A DNA stretch of 64,000 nt from contig NC_068981.1 of assembly GCF_001194135.2 (NCBI RefSeq), positions 87,626,952 through 87,690,951 on the forward strand, given 5' to 3'. The notes under the pieces were generated by a model. The model was given only the letters and a program-made list of their open reading frames with translations. It searched no databases and was not told the DNA's origin. The position numbers and the translations under genes are program-made. This stretch comes from Octopus bimaculoides (taxonomy: Eukaryota). Positions 63,366 through 64,000 of the stretch are shown piece by piece. Position 1 is the first letter of the stretch. Every line of letters begins with the position of its first letter.

Positions 63366-64000
63366 ATATATACATATATATATATACATACATATACACA
63401 CACACACACAAAAATATTAAATACATTTAATACAAAAAAAATGTACAAATGTATACATATATATATATATATCCCTTGGTGAGATCGGGACATTTTTTGT
63501 AGACATGCACAAGAATTGCTTATCCATCAGTGTTATCTATATGTAGTGCTTGGCTGAGCAAAAGGTGTATAGTTTATAGAATAGAGACAGGTATTCTCTG
63601 TATAGAATACACTTCATAGTGCTTGATATATATGTTAGGGACGACCGTGCGAACTCATAAAGGAGTAATGGTGACGAATGGACAAACAGAGGACTCCTTT
63701 TATTTACACGAGTCACACGGTCGAACATACAAATATATATCAAATGATGATATACGTGATATGTTATGCGACGATAACATAGATGACCAGTAATGAAAGA
63801 CCACAACCGTATTAGATGAATAACATATATTTATTGTAGCGTTAAAGATGTATGTCTGTGTGAGAGTGTGAATGCGACATATAAGAACATAATCAAAGAC
63901 AGGCCGTCGTACAAAGAAAAGTATGTATGTGTATGTGTATTATTACAGCAGATAGAAAGAGAGTCAATAACACGTGGACAATTATACCAGTTCGTTAGTA

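Noticed and set aside
62431-63493. Six ORFs of about 300 aa
   Set aside because: Artefacts of the N run and flanking (TA)n/(CA)n

Overview
AT-rich, repeat-dense, microsatellite-rich eukaryotic DNA. The tRNA-derived SINE families look like those of octopus/coleoid cephalopods (inference). The first 35 kb hold a + strand calpain-7 (CAPN7/PalBH) gene that is truncated at its 5' end. I traced 18 coding exons (17 firm, 1 probable) with GT-AG boundaries and matching phases: about 766 codons covering the second MIT domain, the Cys-His-Asn protease core and the C-terminal C2-like domains, with the stop at 35061-35063. The first-MIT exons lie upstream of the window. Introns and the downstream 29 kb are a transposon graveyard: at least five SINE-like families, piggyBac- and Tc1/mariner/pogo-type MITEs and foldbacks, and decayed mariner, Ty3/Gypsy, RTE, CR1-like and Penelope fragments. 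There is one orphan candidate exon and a 753-N gap. No CRISPR, rRNA or intact tRNA gene is supported. The most interesting observations are (1) a tRNA-head SINE with a 5' snap-back inversion and a Penelope-type minimal hammerhead-ribozyme motif at 23334-23628, (2) nested inverted SINE pairs around the frame-preserving exon pair that carries the catalytic Cys, and (3) a mariner whose catalytic middle is replaced by an antisense LTR/integrase fragment.
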